A stretch of 64,000 nucleotides of DNA from Antedon mediterranea (lineage: Eukaryota > Animalia > Echinodermata). Numbering within the stretch: position 1 is the first letter of the stretch; each line of letters opens with the position of its first letter. A model generated the notes under the pieces. That model saw only the letters and a program-made list of their open reading frames with translations, did no database searches and was not told the origin of the DNA. This document shows, one piece after another, positions 49,326 through 63,433 of this stretch. Made by a program: the position numbers and the translations under genes. Location: the NCBI RefSeq assembly GCF_964355755.1, contig NC_092674.1, forward strand, positions 26,412,001 through 26,476,000. The letters are read 5' to 3'.

Positions 49326-50179
49326 AAAGCATGACGACATCCACATTTTACATATAGTACATCAGCAATGCATTCTTCTTCGCATATTTATTGGGTATAA
49401 ACGTCAGAGTACTTTACACCATTATCTACACATTCTGATGGATATGGTTTCTTGAGTGATTTATACTAAAGTATATTAACAATATGTAAAATTGGCTAAC
49501 GTATAATTTATATTATTTTTGTTTTTGGTTAAAAATCTAAAATGAGAAACGATCATCAATCAATATTATGGTAATTTGTGATATTTGTATATTACTGAAA
49601 AAAAGCTAGATAACTCACAAGTGTTTTTCGAAATGCAACCAATGTTTCGTAACCAGGAGAAAGTGCAAAACCAAAATGTCTAACAAGAGGGCGCTCTCCT
49701 TTGCTATGTACTAGCATCTGGAATTGACAAATTAATTGTGTAAAACCTTGTTTAGAATAGTCATGAAACAAAGTTGTCATAAGAAAAGTGTTATAAAATT
49801 ACCTTAAATCCTGCAGCAGAATTGGCTCCATGTGTATATTCATTTTGTTCGACATTTAATCTCAAGTACAAGCCTCTAGATTTCCCAGACTTCTGCACCG
49901 TAAGCCGTCGGCGGTTACTCTTATGATTAAATGTATAACAAACTCCAAAATCCGTCGTCATAGCGGTTGTAAAATTCAAAGGTCCGCATTTCTCGTACAG
50001 TTCCCACGTGCAAAGCTCAATTGCGCCTTCTACTGTGTGCGCAGTCTTACGAAGTAAGTCCTCTGCGACGACAGTTTGTGCTATTTTGAGAGTTATCAGT
50101 GGTAAATATATCAATACCATCTTCGACTAATCCGAAGAAACTACTTAACATAAGCTGTTCATGTTGCCTGGTTACCGAA

Positions 50180-50485
50180 AGTCTCATCTCATAACATCGA
50201 CAGGGGTTCGGGTGTCGAGGCTCACCATGGTTCTGGTAGTAAAACGAGTCTTGTCGGATAAGGAGGTCCAGTGTACACATCTGGTTCATGTGTACACATC
50301 TGGTTCATGTGTACACATCTGGTTCATGTGTACGTTAAGAACCTAGTACATCTTTCGAGACAAGTAGGGGTTTACCCTGGTGTACTAGTACATCACAGCC
50401 ACTGATCATTACTGGGCCCTCTGGGAGACCAGTTGTTGAGGAGTCGCCCAGTTGAGAGGTCACCCAGTATAAATAAAATATTTAA
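50180..50485 (+). mobile_element. SINE-like insertion interrupting pseudogene C between exon 1 and exon 2
   Basis: Degenerate tRNA-like head (GGTTCG), body TCGGATAAGGAGGTCC..GTACGTTAAGAACC..GTAGGGGTTTACCCTGGTGT, A-rich tail; contains a 3x 19-bp repeat (GTGTACACATCTGGTTCAT). Full copy at 58825-59130; 3' halves at 51342 and 59987. Confidence 0.5.
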
Positions 50486-52337
50486 ATTCAATTCGAATTC
50501 TAATGAATTAACAAAGCATGTACTGTACTAGGCTCTGTATGAAATGCGATTTCTTAGTGAGAATACGATTAACACCATGAAGCGTAGTTTCTGGCATACA
50601 AAATCTTCAAAATGTTCTAATTCGCTATTTTTCTCCTCTCTTTCCTTCGATAAATTATCTTTACTCTCGGGATACATTCTGTATTATAGTTTATTTTATG
50701 TCTTTCAATCGACCTGTAGTGCTGATCAGCTGTAGGGAGCAACTGACCTCATGAAATCCATCCACCGGTCGTGATCAACGACATTCATTTTCATTTGTTA
50801 AATTTAAATATTTTTCAACCAATCACTTTCACTCACGCGTGGGAATTACCATGAATCGTTATTTCAGACAAATTAAACATCAATACAATAAGCAAATATA
50901 TAAAAACAAAACATAATTATTGTATTCAAAGTATTGTATTTTAGCCTATTCTACAAGGTGTTCGTTAGCCTATCATTTTCGTTGGAAGTAAGTTGATGTA
51001 GAAGCATTAGCAATTAGGATCTTTATTCTTCTGTCGTGGAATTAATACAAAAATTAAGAGAATGATAAAGAATAAGAGATGAACAAGTAATAAAGTCTGA
51101 TAGATGGAAAAATGATACAAAACGAACAAGAAGTTTTGTTTGAAGAAGAATTCTGTCTGTAGTAAAGAGCTAGAATGGCCTGATATTGGGTTACAAGTAT
51201 GTTTAACCTGAAACGGAGATTATAACGATTATTAACCTCTTTCTTGGAACTATAAGTATATTATTAGTATTTAATAGAATTTATATTTCGTTGTTTGTTG
51301 TATTGAATTGATTTTACTCTATTAACGTCTAATTGTACATCAGTACATCTTTCGAGACGAGTAGGGGTTTACCCTGGTGTACTAGTACATCACAGCCACT
51401 GATCATTACTGGGGCCTCTGGGAGACCAGTTGTTGAGGAGTCGCCCAGTTGAGAGGTCACCCAGTATAAATAAAATATTTAAATTCAATTCGAATTCTAA
51501 TGAATTAACAAAGCATGTACTGTACTAGGCTCTGTATGAAATGCGATTTCTTAGTGAGAATACGATTAACACCATGAAGCGTAGTTTCTGGCATACAAAA
51601 TCTTCAAAATGTTCTAATTCGCTATTTTTCTCCTCTCTTTCCTTCGATAAATTATCTTTACTCTCGGGATACATTCTGTATTATAGTTTATTTTATGTCT
51701 TTCAATCGACCTGTAGTGCTGGTCAGCTGTAGGGAGCAACTGACCTCATGAAATCCATCCACCGGTCGTGATCAACGACATTCATTTTCATTTGTTAAAT
51801 TTAAATATTTTTCAACCAATCACTTTCACTCACTCGTGGGAATTACCATGAATCGTTATTTCAGACAAATTAAACATCAATACAATAAGCAAATATATAA
51901 AAACAAAACAAATTATTGTATTCAAAGTATTGTATTTTAGCCTATTCTACAAGGTGTTCGTTAGCCTATCATTTTCGTTGGAAGTAAGTTGATGTAGATG
52001 CATTAGCAATTAGGATCTTTATTCTTCTGTCGTGGAATTAATACAAAAATTAAGAGAATGATAAAGAATAAGAGATGAACAAGTAATAAAGTCTGATAGA
52101 TGGAAAAATGATACAAAACGAACAAAAAGTTTTGTTTGAAGAAGAATTCTGTCTATAGTAAAGAGCTAGAATGGCCTGATATTGGGTTACAAGTATGTTT
52201 AACCTGAAACGGAGATTATAACGATTATTAACCTCTTTCTTGGAACTATAAGTATATTATTAGTATTTAATAGAATTTATATTTCGTTGTTTGTTGTATT
52301 GAATTGATTTTACTCTATTAACGTCTAATTGTACATC
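50345..52337. repeat. Tandem duplication, 2 x ~997 bp (second pair at 58990-60982)
   Basis: ORFs 50544/51541 and 59189/60186 are offset by 997 with few SNPs; GTACATC microhomology at the unit boundaries. Confidence 0.95.
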
Positions 52338-53116
52338 ATTCATTATTAATATTAGGCTAATTACAATTAATAATTAGTGATTAGCCTAATGAAAATAATT
52401 AAGATTTTGATTACAAGACAAGTCTTTGGAAATGAACAATTTCTTTGAAAATGAAAATATTATTTTTTTATGTAGATTAGATCAACCCAATGGCGCCCAC
52501 CAATTAGAAAATAATGTTAAATAAATCAATGTTAAGTAGGTAATTGTAGAGCCTTACATGAGGACAATTAGATCAAAGGCGGTGTAATGACGTCGTGAAA
52601 ACATCCATCTTTATAAACTGATTAAAGACCATTTACTTTACAGTATATTGTCGCTCAATAAACTACTTAAATAATCGCCAACACAATGACTGAAAGATTT
52701 ACCTTTATACAATTTGAAAAAAAAATGTTTGCCAGTTAAACGCAACGCAGCAACGTAGGCATATTGACGCAAAGTTTGTATTGCGTATCAAACGTGGGAA
52801 TATATATTGATATATAATACTAATACTATTCAGAATTACTATAATATTCTAATTAAAAAAGTTTTTCAATCGACAAAGTACTTTCAGAGACATTTCGTAT
52901 TATGTCTAAAATAAGATAAGAATCAATTAATTTCAATTAATAATTGTTGAAAATTGTTTGTTTCTTTGCTTGTTTATGTTTCTTTTAACATCAGCTTACA
53001 GTACCATCTGCGGAGTGAATAACTACTTAGAATTAGTCAGAGAGCTAAGTATATTGGTCAAATATTTGCCCTACTCTGATGTAATTGTACTACTGTATGT
53101 AATAAGATAGGCTACT

Positions 53117-53188
53117 TTGATGGGGATTCCAACCCGCGACCGCCATATCATTAGCCTGGCGTTCATACCTCTAGATCTAGAGCTTACC
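53117..53188 (-). mobile_element. tRNA-derived SINE head remnant (copy at 61762-61833)
   Basis: Minus strand TAGATCTAGAGG (A-box-like) ... GGCGGTCGCGGGTTGGAATCCCC (B-box-like). Confidence 0.4.
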
Positions 53189-54654
53189 TGATAGTGATAT
53201 AGTAATCATTACGTCCGAGTATACAAACATCTGACCAGTTCATACGATACAGAGATATTCAACAAAAATAGATCACAACTTTTGTGCTATTTTAAAGCTA
53301 ATTACATTTATTTACAACACATTAAATTAATGTTACATTACAATAATGTTGTAAATGGTGGCGGACGGAAGCAAAACAAAATATAAATACAGAACTCTGA
53401 TCAGAACTACAGATGCATTTTACAGTATAAGTACAATGTGAAAGATTGTTGAAACAAATCAATGGAATTCAGTATGGTATAGCGAATCCTAAAACTGAAA
53501 CCTAAAACTTACAACTAGTAAATCATTCTACAATACATTTTAGAAAGAGGTATCGTTCTACCCATTATTATGATCCCATCTAATCAGAACCACAAAGTTA
53601 GTAAGTTTTACTAAACAATCCACCAATAATGATTAAATTCAATTCAATAAAACTTTAACTTTATTATTCCAAACTGGGAAATTCGTTTTGTCGTCAACGT
53701 GGTAGACATAATATTCATAAAAATACACACACAAAATACAAAAACCACAACAATCATTTTAAAAATCTGAAATATTTTAAAATACCGTACACTACTAAAA
53801 TAGACTTCTGTCACAAATACAGTACTGATAATCAATTAAGTTACAAATAGTCAAAATATGTTACCTAAAATGAACATTGTAACATTAGGCAACCACACTC
53901 CAAATTCATGAACACTGTACGACACAAATGTTACTTGAGAACATAATTAATATTCTCGAAAAATGACATTGGTTTCAAAATAATATTGTATACACAATTT
54001 AACTTTCGATAAACCAATTATCAAGAACTCACAAATATCCGAAACGTAGCAAGTGAGTACTTGATAATTGGTTTATGGAAAGTTAAATTTGTTATACAAT
54101 AATAGAAGTATTTAAAACAAAGCTATATCAGAAGAGTTAAGTAAAAGATATAAGTAAAGCGTCGTCTACATCGCTCTTATTAACAATGACGTCATTTGAT
54201 TGGTTGTGAAAAACTATTATTTTCATCAAAGATAGCATAAAAAATGATCATATATATTTCTAATGGTGAAATCTTATCTAATGTCTTTTGTTTTATAAGC
54301 AAATGCATATTTATTTAGTAACCGTCGTCAATCATTATCGTCCTAGAAATGGGCCTACACATTTTCCAGACGCACAGCAAATATGAAATAATTTTTTTAT
54401 ATAACAATTACATTTACACCTACGGTAGCACGCGTCCGAGTTTATTTTATTAGCTTTAATCTTTCCGTACATTTAATTTTTCTTCTTTTTTTTTGTTTAC
54501 GTGATATGGTAACAATCGTGAATACAAAGCAACACATAATACTCCACCAGTCTTTTGAGACTTACATGTACTCAAATGCAAGTATTCATTTATTTTTAAT
54601 TTGATTTTCCTCCAGATAAAGAATATTTTCGTCGATTTCCATCAGTATTTTTAC

Positions 54655-55713
54655 TTATGTTACTACGTCTCCAACTTTTTTCCCTTTTGGTAAACATTTA
54701 CCAAATGACATACAGACAAATTCGACAATCTCAATGATTGTCATCACGCTCATTCCACATAGCAATCCCATCAAGCCACCAATGTCACCTTCAAAAAAAG
54801 ACACACAAGATAATTGAACTATACATAAGTTTGACTGCACCAATTACATATACTTTTATTATCACGATGTCAAATGTATGCTGTCTACACTATAAAAGTA
54901 GTTTGAAAAAAAGTGTGATGTGCCCACTCGATGTGCCTAAATATAGTAATGATTTACCTAAATATGGTCATCAAGACCATAAAACGGTACATCACATTTT
55001 GTTTGATAAAGTTTGATAGTGCAGACAGAGCTTAAGTAATTTGGGAATGTTTGGCGCTACATCATCATACTGATGCATATACCTGGTAGTGCTACCCGGT
55101 AGCATACATTTTTTCCTATGATGTTAAAGCAGAAATCATGAATTATTCATTAGAATAATTATGACACAATATGGGACATTATAGAAAGCGATATATAAGC
55201 ATGGAGAGAGATTAAGTAATATGTGTAAACAGCTTTTGCTAACCGAAATGTTTAGTCTAGTGGTAAAGACTTTTTAAAACTTCTTAGAATGGAGCCATCG
55301 GTTCGAGGTCTATCAAGAACCTGCTTTTTTTTAATAGTTGAGAGAGATTATTTAGAGGCTTAGGTTTAGTATATTTAAGAAGTAAATCAGCTATCTTGAA
55401 ATTCTTTAGAATAGAAAATAATTAAGGTAATGAATTATTCATGATTTGAATGCTGAAAAATAATGATACCGGTAGCCACTTTGGTATCTCTGATGGATTT
55501 TGTGTTTGCATATATATTAATATTTACTAGGCCTACTGTATAAAAAAAATTAAATCAATTAAATTACACAAATATAAAATAATAAAATAAAATAATAATA
55601 ATAAAATTAAGATAAACTTACAAAGTAATTTGATTGGTGAATACGCTGGAACTTGTTCCACAAATTCATAACTTATATCTTCGTAATACAGATAAACGTC
55701 AAGATAGTTCTTT
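54655..55713 (-). pseudogene. Last two exons of a fourth DEG/ENaC paralogue (gene D), orphaned by duplication
   Basis: Exon 55622-55713 (KNYLDVYLYYEDISYEFVEQVPAYSPIKLLC) and 54655-54788 (DIGGLMGLLCGMSVMTIIEIVEF...DVVT*). Similar to but distinct from gene C. No exon 5/6 equivalents seen between 55714 and the duplication junction at 57974. Confidence 0.8.
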
Positions 55714-57615
55714 CTGTTAAAATATAGAAATAATTTAATTAGCTTTTCTTTTTTCGAAAAAGGCCGCGTTCTTATTCCGATTCCTTCTTCACAATCAAAT
55801 AATAAAATCAATAATAGAAATAATTGCGTAATTTAAAAATGCATATACATTTTTAATTGATGCAGGGTGACCCATATTGTTCATTTCATTTTCTTAGAAT
55901 CATATCATCATCATAGGTATGATTACCCAGTCAGTCTCTGCTGACTGCTGGGTATTGTTTCACAATTGCGCGTGGTGGTGGAAAATTATTTTTGAAGCCA
56001 AATGTTAAAATCGGTAAGGCCTCTAAACGCGGCGTCCGATTGTGTTGTGTGCTGCGCCATCTTGTGCCCCCCCCCCCCCTAACCTGGCAAATTATATCTT
56101 GTTCGTGAGTTTGTTGTCGGAGGTCGGAGAAAGAGGCTAACCTGGTCGATGCTTTTTGCTCTCCTGGGATTTTGTAATCTAGATGACGTCAGCCATGAAC
56201 ATACTCACCTGTCGGTTGTCTAAATGTTCATTCGGCTTAATGCAGCGGTGATGAACGAACGGAACCAAACGATACCAAATGGAAACAAACAAAACTCAGA
56301 ATGTTGCAAAGCCTACCAAACGAGAGTAGATAACTGTTTATTAATTATCAAAACTAATCTTTTCTAGCAGAAATCGTCCGATTGTATGTTAAAAACGATA
56401 TATTTAGCAACCAACATGCTTGGTTCACTGAAACAATGCACAACCATTTATAAATATATTTCAATAATAATATTTTTCCGATAATATAACCTATAATACA
56501 TTTTTGTTGGTTTCGCATATAAAATCTTTTGAACAGACCATACTTTTCCAAAGTCTTAGGTGGTCTGGATTCTCAATCGAGATAAATGGAAATTTGAACC
56601 AGATAAATCAGTAATCTTCCCAATGTCGAGAAAAGTCGACACATTCCTAACTTCCTAGCCCTCTAGGGTTTGGAAAGTAAAACAATGAGGTCAAGGGGTA
56701 AATTATATTTGCTTGCGAAATATGGAAACGCGATTTTTGCTATTTGAAAATACTTCATAAAATCATTTGAAAAAAGTTTATTTTTTTTTAATTTGTTGTA
56801 ATCATGATTGCATAGTAAGTACATAGAACTCACTAATTGATGTGCGAGGAATTTTAGAGGAAAAGCTAGGCCAAGGCATGTAGCGATAGAAATTAATTCG
56901 CCTGCTGGAAACGTTCTTGGCATCATTGAAGAATGGATTGACATTAAGGACTAGGCCTAGACAAACCGTATGGCAGGGGGTAAGAATAGTTTTTTTTTTG
57001 TCTTGTGTGGGTTCGTCCCACTTTTATTATAGTTCTATAAATATAAATAATATATGTATATATGCACATTTATATAATTCTCTTATTTATAAGGTACATT
57101 GTTAAAAAATACATATCTTTTGAACAGTATATACATAAGACTAAGATTATTTTGATGTTAAGAAGTAACCATATTTACATTCATATACATTTTTAAAAAT
57201 ACAATTAATTAAAATATGTCGATGGCAGTAAACTGACGATAAAAATTGATTTTAAAAAAAACGTACTTATGAAAAAGTTATTATTGTTGTTTTATTCTGT
57301 TCGTGTCCATTGTCTGGGTAGAGAGGCTATAAACTCAGGGGAAGAATATAAAGAATCTTCCCTTTTCACCAAGAAAAAATGGATGAGATAAAAACGAAGA
57401 ATGCAAAAGCTTGAAAAAAGGGTGTTTAGAATGGATAGGATAGAATGATATATATAGTGAAAACCGTAAGGTTAGAGTCCATACACAGTGCAGGGGGTAA
57501 GAATAGTTTATAATTTCACATAAGGATATGGTTTTTACAATCATACTTGCTTAGATAAATGCACGTATATGTATTTATAAATGAAAATTTATTATCAAAT
57601 GTTTATATTTTGTGT

Positions 57616-57973
57616 TTATTTACCTCCGCTAAGGGACTCAAGGAGGTATATGTAATCGGTCGCGTGTGTTTGTTTGTTTGTCTGTTTGTTTGTTTGTTAG
57701 CAGGATTACTCAAAAAGTAATTACAAGATCTTTACCAAAATGAATATACAGATAGATATGTGGTCAAGGACCATTCCATGGTCCCAATTCTGGACCACTT
57801 TTAATATACTTTTCAGACCCGCTAGTGTTAAAAGATTTTTCAAAAGCCGGCGATATCATCATTTACAGGTGATATGTTTTGGAATGTCAGCTGTTATGTA
57901 ACAATGCTTTCTTTCTGTGCCGGCAGGCGGACACAAGTTCGTTACGTTTGTTTAATGTCGATAATTCAGGGTG
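57616..57973 (+). mobile_element. 5' part of a related Helentron/DINE-1-like element, truncated at the duplication junction
   Basis: TTATTTACCTCCGCTAAGG..GGAGGTATATG followed by a (TGTT)n tract and AGCAGGATTACTCAAAAAG; same head as 25136-25733. Confidence 0.6.
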
Positions 57974-59322
57974 GCATGACGACATCCACATTTTACATAT
58001 AGTACATCAGCAATGCATTCTTCTTCGCATATTTATTGGGTATAAACGTCAGAGTACTTTACACCATTATCTACACATTCTGATGGATATGGTTTCTTGA
58101 GTGATTTATACTAAAGTATATTAACAATATGTAAAATTGGCTAACGTATAATTTATATTATTTTTGTTTTTGGTTAAAAATCTAAAATGAGAAACGATCA
58201 TCAATCAATATTATGGTAATTTGTGATATTTGTATATTACTGAAAAAAAGCTAGATAACTCACAAGTGTTTTTCGAAATGCAACCAATGTTTCGTAACCA
58301 GGAGAAAGTGCAAAACCAAAATGTCTAACAAGAGGGCGCTCTCCTTTGCTATGTACTAGCATCTGGAATTGACAAATTAATTGTGTAAAACCTTGTTTAG
58401 AATAGTCATGAAACAAAGTTGTCATAAGAAAAGTGTTATAAAATTACCTTAAATCCTGCAGCAGAATTGGCTCCATGTGTATATTCATTTTGTTCGACAT
58501 TTAATCTCAAGTACAAGCCTCTAGATTTCCCAGACTTCTGCACCGTAAGCCGTCGGCGGTTACTCTTATGATTAAATGTATAACAAACTCCAAAATCCGT
58601 CGTCATAGCGGTTGTAAAATTCAAAGGTCCGCATTTCTCGTACAGTTCCCACGTGCAAAGCTCAATTGCGCCTTCTACTGTGTGCGCAGTCTTACGAAGT
58701 AAGTCCTCTGCGACGACAGTTTGTGCTATTTTGAGAGTTATCAGTGGTAAATATATCAATACCATCTTCGACTAATCCGAAGAAACTACTTAACATAAGC
58801 TGTTCATGTTGCCTGGTTACCGAAAGTCTCATCTCATAACATCGACAGGGGTTCGGGTGTCGAGGCTCACCATGGTTCTGGTAGTAAAACGAGTCTTGTC
58901 GGATAAGGAGGTCCAGTGTACACATCTGGTTCATGTGTACACATCTGGTTCATGTGTACACATCTGGTTCATGTGTACGTTAAGAACCTAGTACATCTTT
59001 CGAGACGAGTAGGGGTTTACCCTGGTGTACTAGTACATCACAGCCACTGATCATTACTGGGCCCTCTGGGAGACCAGTTGTTGAGGAGTCGCCCAGTTGA
59101 GAGGTCACCCAGTATAAATAAAATATTTAAATTCAATTCGAATTCTAATGAATTAACAAAGCATGTACTGTACTAGGCTCTGTATGAAATGCGATTTCTT
59201 AGTGAGAATACGATTAACACCATGAAGCGTAGTTTCTGGCATACAAAATCTTCAAAATGTTCTAATTCGCTATTTTTCTCCTCTCTTTCCTTCGATAAAT
59301 TATCTTTACTCTCGGGATACAT
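57974..59322 (-). pseudogene. Duplicated fragment of DEG/ENaC pseudogene C (exons 1-4, exon 4 truncated)
   Basis: Copy of 49329-50677 at offset 8645 with the same stop codon and frameshifts. Exon 4 lacks its last 11 nt and splice donor. Confidence 0.85.
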
Positions 59323-62300
59323 TCTGTATTATAGTTTATTTTATGTCTTTCAATCGACCTGTAGTGCTGATCAGCTGTAGGGAGCAACTGACCTCATGAA
59401 ATCCATCCACCGGTCGTGATCAACGACATTCATTTTCATTTGTTAAATTTAAATATTTTTCAACCAATCACTTTCACTCACGCGTGGGAATTACCATGAA
59501 TCGTTATTTCAGACAAATTAAACATCAATACAATAAGCAAATATATAAAAACAAAACATAATTATTGTATTCAAAGTATTGTATTTTAGCCTATTCTACA
59601 AGGTGTTCGTTAGCCTATCATTTTCGTTGGAAGTAAGTTGATGTAGAAGCATTAGCAATTAGGATCTTTATTCTTCTGTCGTGGAATTAATACAAAAATT
59701 AAGAGAATGATAAAGAATAAGAGATGAACAAGTAATAAAGTCTGATAGATGGAAAAATGATACAAAACGAACAAGAAGTTTTGTTTGAAGAAGAATTCTG
59801 TCTGTAGTAAAGAGCTAGAATGGCCTGATATTGGGTTACAAGTATGTTTAACCTGAAACGGAGATTATAACGATTATTAACCTCTTTCTTGGAACTATAA
59901 GTATATTATTAGTATTTAATAGAATTTATATTTCGTTGTTTGTTGTATTGAATTGATTTTACTCTATTAACGTCTAATTGTACATCAGTACATCTTTCGA
60001 GACGAGTAGGGGTTTACCCTGGTGTACTAGTACATCACAGCCACTGATCATTACTGGGGCCTCTGGGAGACCAGTTGTTGAGGAGTCGCCCAGTTGAGAG
60101 GTCACCCAGTATAAATAAAATATTTAAATTCAATTCGAATTCTAATGAATTAACAAAGCATGTACTGTACTAGGCTCTGTATGAAATGCGATTTCTTAGT
60201 GAGAATACGATTAACACCATGAAGCGTAGTTTCTGGCATACAAAATCTTCAAAATGTTCTAATTCGCTATTTTTCTCCTCTCTTTCCTTCGATAAATTAT
60301 CTTTACTCTCGGGATACATTCTGTATTATAGTTTATTTTATGTCTTTCAATCGACCTGTAGTGCTGGTCAGCTGTAGGGAGCAACTGACCTCATGAAATC
60401 CATCCACCGGTCGTGATCAACGACATTCATTTTCATTTGTTAAATTTAAATATTTTTCAACCAATCACTTTCACTCACTCGTGGGAATTACCATGAATCG
60501 TTATTTCAGACAAATTAAACATCAATACAATAAGCAAATATATAAAAACAAAACAAATTATTGTATTCAAAGTATTGTATTTTAGCCTATTCTACAAGGT
60601 GTTCGTTAGCCTATCATTTTCGTTGGAAGTAAGTTGATGTAGATGCATTAGCAATTAGGATCTTTATTCTTCTGTCGTGGAATTAATACAAAAATTAAGA
60701 GAATGATAAAGAATAAGAGATGAACAAGTAATAAAGTCTGATAGATGGAAAAATGATACAAAACGAACAAAAAGTTTTGTTTGAAGAAGAATTCTGTCTA
60801 TAGTAAAGAGCTAGAATGGCCTGATATTGGGTTACAAGTATGTTTAACCTGAAACGGAGATTATAACGATTATTAACCTCTTTCTTGGAACTATAAGTAT
60901 ATTATTAGTATTTAATAGAATTTATATTTCGTTGTTTGTTGTATTGAATTGATTTTACTCTATTAACGTCTAATTGTACATCATTCATTATTAATATTAG
61001 GCTAATTACAATTAATAATTAGTGATTAGCCTAATGAAAATAATTAAGATTTTGATTACAAGACAAGTCTTTGGAAATGAACAATTTCTTTGAAAATGAA
61101 AATATTATTTTTTTATGTAGATTAGATCAACCCAATGGCGCCCACCAATTAGAAAATAATGTTAAATAAATCAATGTTAAGTAGGTAATTGTAGAGCCTT
61201 ACATGAGGACAATTAGATCAAAGGCGGTGTAATGACGTCGTGAAAACATCCATCTTTATAAACTGATTAAAGACCATTTACTTTACAGTATATTGTCGCT
61301 CAATAAACTACTTAAATAATCGCCAACACAATGACTGAAAGATTTACCTTTATACAATTTGAAAAAAAAATGTTTGCCAGTTAAACGCAACGCAGCAACG
61401 TAGGCATATTGACGCAAAGTTTGTATTGCGTATCAAACGTGGGAATATATATTGATATATAATACTAATACTATTCAGAATTACTATAATATTCTAATTA
61501 AAAAAGTTTTTCAATCGACAAAGTACTTTCAGAGACATTTCGTATTATGTCTAAAATAAGATAAGAATCAATTAATTTCAATTAATAATTGTTGAAAATT
61601 GTTTGTTTCTTTGCTTGTTTATGTTTCTTTTAACATCAGCTTACAGTACCATCTGCGGAGTGAATAACTACTTAGAATTAGTCAGAGAGCTAAGTATATT
61701 GGTCAAATATTTGCCCTACTCTGATGTAATTGTACTACTGTATGTAATAAGATAGGCTACTTTGATGGGGATTCCAACCCGCGACCGCCATATCATTAGC
61801 CTGGCGTTCATACCTCTAGATCTAGAGCTTACCTGATAGTGATATAGTAATCATTACGTCCGAGTATACAAACATCTGACCAGTTCATACGATACAGAGA
61901 TATTCAACAAAAATAGATCACAACTTTTGTGCTATTTTAAAGCTAATTACATTTATTTACAACACATTAAATTAATGTTACATTACAATAATGTTGTAAA
62001 TGGTGGCGGACGGAAGCAAAACAAAATATAAATACAGAACTCTGATCAGAACTACAGATGCATTTTACAGTATAAGTACAATGTGAAAGATTGTTGAAAC
62101 AAATCAATGGAATTCAGTATGGTATAGCGAATCCTAAAACTGAAACCTAAAACTTACAACTAGTAAATCATTCTACAATACATTTTAGAAAGAGGTATCG
62201 TTCTACCCATTATTATGATCCCATCTAATCAGAACCACAAAGTTAGTAAGTTTTACTAAACAATCCACCAATAATGATTAAATTCAATTCAATAAAACTT

Positions 62301-63299
62301 TAACTTTATTATTCCAAACTGGGAAATTCGTTTTGTCGTCAACGTGGTAGACATAATATTCATAAAAATACACACACAAAATACAAAAACCACAACAATC
62401 ATTTTAAAAATCTGAAATATTTTAAAATACCGTACACTACTAAAATAGACTTCTGTCACAAATACAGTACTGATAATCAATTAAGTTACAAATAGTCAAA
62501 ATATGTTACCTAAAATGAACATTGTAACATTAGGCAACCACACTCCAAATTCATGAACACTGTACGACACAAATGTTACTTGAGAACATAATTAATATTC
62601 TCGAAAAATGACATTGGTTTCAAAATAATATTGTATACACAATTTAACTTTCGATAAACCAATTATCAAGAACTCACAAATATCCGAAACGTAGCAAGTG
62701 AGTACTTGATAATTGGTTTATGGAAAGTTAAATTTGTTATACAATAATAGAAGTATTTAAAACAAAGCTATATCAGAAGAGTTAAGTAAAAGATATAAGT
62801 AAAGCGTCGTCTACATCGCTCTTATTAACAATGACGTCATTTGATTGGTTGTGAAAAACTATTATTTTCATCAAAGATAGCATAAAAAATGATCATATAT
62901 ATTTCTAATGGTGAAATCTTATCTAATGTCTTTTGTTTTATAAGCAAATGCATATTTATTTAGTAACCGTCGTCAATCATTATCGTCCTAGAAATGGGCC
63001 TACACATTTTCCAGACGCACAGCAAATATGAAATAATTTTTTTATATAACAATTACATTTACACCTACGGTAGCACGCGTCCGAGTTTATTTTATTAGCT
63101 TTAATCTTTCCGTACATTTAATTTTTCTTCTTTTTTTTTGTTTACGTGATATGGTAACAATCGTGAATACAAAGCAACACATAATACTCCACCAGTCTTT
63201 TGAGACTTACATGTACTCAAATGCAAGTATTCATTTATTTTTAATTTGATTTTCCTCCAGATAAAGAATATTTTCGTCGATTTCCATCAGTATTTTTAC

Positions 63300-63433
63300 T
63301 TATGTTACTACGTCTCCAACTTTTTTCCCTTTTGGTAAACATTTACCAAATGACATACAGACAAATTCGACAATCTCAATGATTGTCATCACGCTCATTC
63401 CACATAGCAATCCCATCAAGCCACCAATGTCAC
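63300..63433 (-). CDS. Terminal exon (TM2) of DEG/ENaC paralogue D, second copy; upstream exons would lie beyond the window
   Basis: Copy of 54655-54788 at offset 8645: DIGGLMGLLCGMSVMTIIEIVEFVCMSFGKCLPKGKKVGDVVT*. Confidence 0.75.

Larger units (their letters stand above)
47709..50677 (-). pseudogene. DEG/ENaC (ASIC-like) pseudogene, cluster gene C
   Basis: Exons: ~50532-50677 (HG exon, EDFVC/ETTLHGVNRI, frameshifted), 49803-~50175 (5'-truncated, TM1 absent, frameshift near 50080), 49619-49717, 49318-49465 (in-frame TAA at 49388-49390: YTQ*ICEEEC), 48857-48919, 48605-48755, 48235-48326, 47709-47842 (DIGGLMGLLCGMSLMT). Confidence 0.85.

Noticed and set aside
50544-50735. 63-aa plus-strand ORF occurring four times
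   Set aside because: It is the antisense of the decayed DEG/ENaC exon 1, repeated by duplication.
55860-56330. GC-richer segment with CGCCATCTT and a C run, possibly a retroelement 5' end or promoter
   Set aside because: No ORF, terminal structure or second copy in the window to support a call.
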